This document shows, one piece after another, positions 33,290-33,456 of a stretch of DNA of 33,456 nucleotides. The stretch's first letter is position 1. Each line of letters begins with the position of its first letter. The notes under the pieces are model-generated. The model was not told where the DNA came from, searched no databases, and saw only the letters and a list, made by a program, of their open reading frames with translations. A program made the position numbers and the translations under genes. Origin of the DNA: Blastocystis sp. subtype 4 (taxonomy: Eukaryota); NCBI RefSeq assembly GCF_000743755.1, contig NW_014569541.1, positions 62,001-95,456 of the forward strand. Reading direction: 5' to 3'.

Positions 33290-33297
33290 AACAAACA
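33290..33297 (-). terminator. TGTTTGTT polyadenylation motif (RPL40)
   Basis: Exact motif 32 nt after the TAA. Confidence 0.75.
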
Positions 33298-33329
33298 ATC
33301 TCTCGTGACACACTCGAATAAATTAGAAC

Positions 33330-33456
33330 TTACTTCAGCTTCTTCTTGGGACGGAGTTGGCTGCTGTGTCCGCACTTCTTCTTACGGCAGTTGTGAGCAC
33401 GAGGGGGAAGACGAGCGTAGCACTTACGGCAAATCATCTTCTCGCAGTTGTACTTC
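33330..33456 (-). CDS. RPL40: Ribosomal protein eL40, 3' end (normally a ubiquitin fusion); partial at right edge
   Basis: [44 protein letters not shown]. Confidence 0.96.
   Translation of the reverse strand, partial: KYNCEKMICRKCYARLPPRAHNCRKKKCGHSSQLRPKKKLK

Noticed and set aside
1..33456. tRNA, rRNA, transposon or prokaryotic defence systems
   Set aside because: None recognised; nearly all sequence is explained by spliced protein-coding genes. Small ncRNAs cannot be excluded without a covariance-model search.

Overview
Gene-dense eukaryotic nuclear DNA, not prokaryotic. The hallmarks point to Blastocystis (stramenopile gut protist): GT-AG introns of about 27-35 nt, intergenic gaps of tens of bases, and a TGTTTGTT motif at nearly every gene 3' end. 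By splicing manually I can reconstruct 21 genes: a MORN-repeat/Hsp70-ATPase fusion (truncated by the left edge), a CBP/p300-type acetyltransferase, an RBBP5/Swd1-like WD40 protein, aspartyl aminopeptidase, VPS13, a channel-less C-linker/cNMP-domain/ankyrin protein, SDHB, RPL36A, RPL37A, two unknown membrane proteins, frataxin, TCTP, a WBP4-like U1-type zinc-finger protein, snurportin-1, a MAP2K, calreticulin, RPS20, RPS19, a small ankyrin protein and the 3' end of RPL40. The most striking system is 3'-end formation. Five genes lack a genomic stop at the expected end but have an in-frame T or TA exactly at position -5 relative to the motif, so poly(A) addition would create UAA. This phenomenon is published for Blastocystis; the specific instances here are read from the sequence. 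Further observations include reciprocal nesting of poly(A) signals inside convergent coding sequences, a 15-bp bidirectional signal, only 16-30 nt between an upstream motif and the next ATG, a possible 3-nt microexon, a motif set shared by two divergent ribosomal-protein promoters, and a phospho-FFAT-like array in VPS13. All gene models are manual and not database- or RNA-verified.
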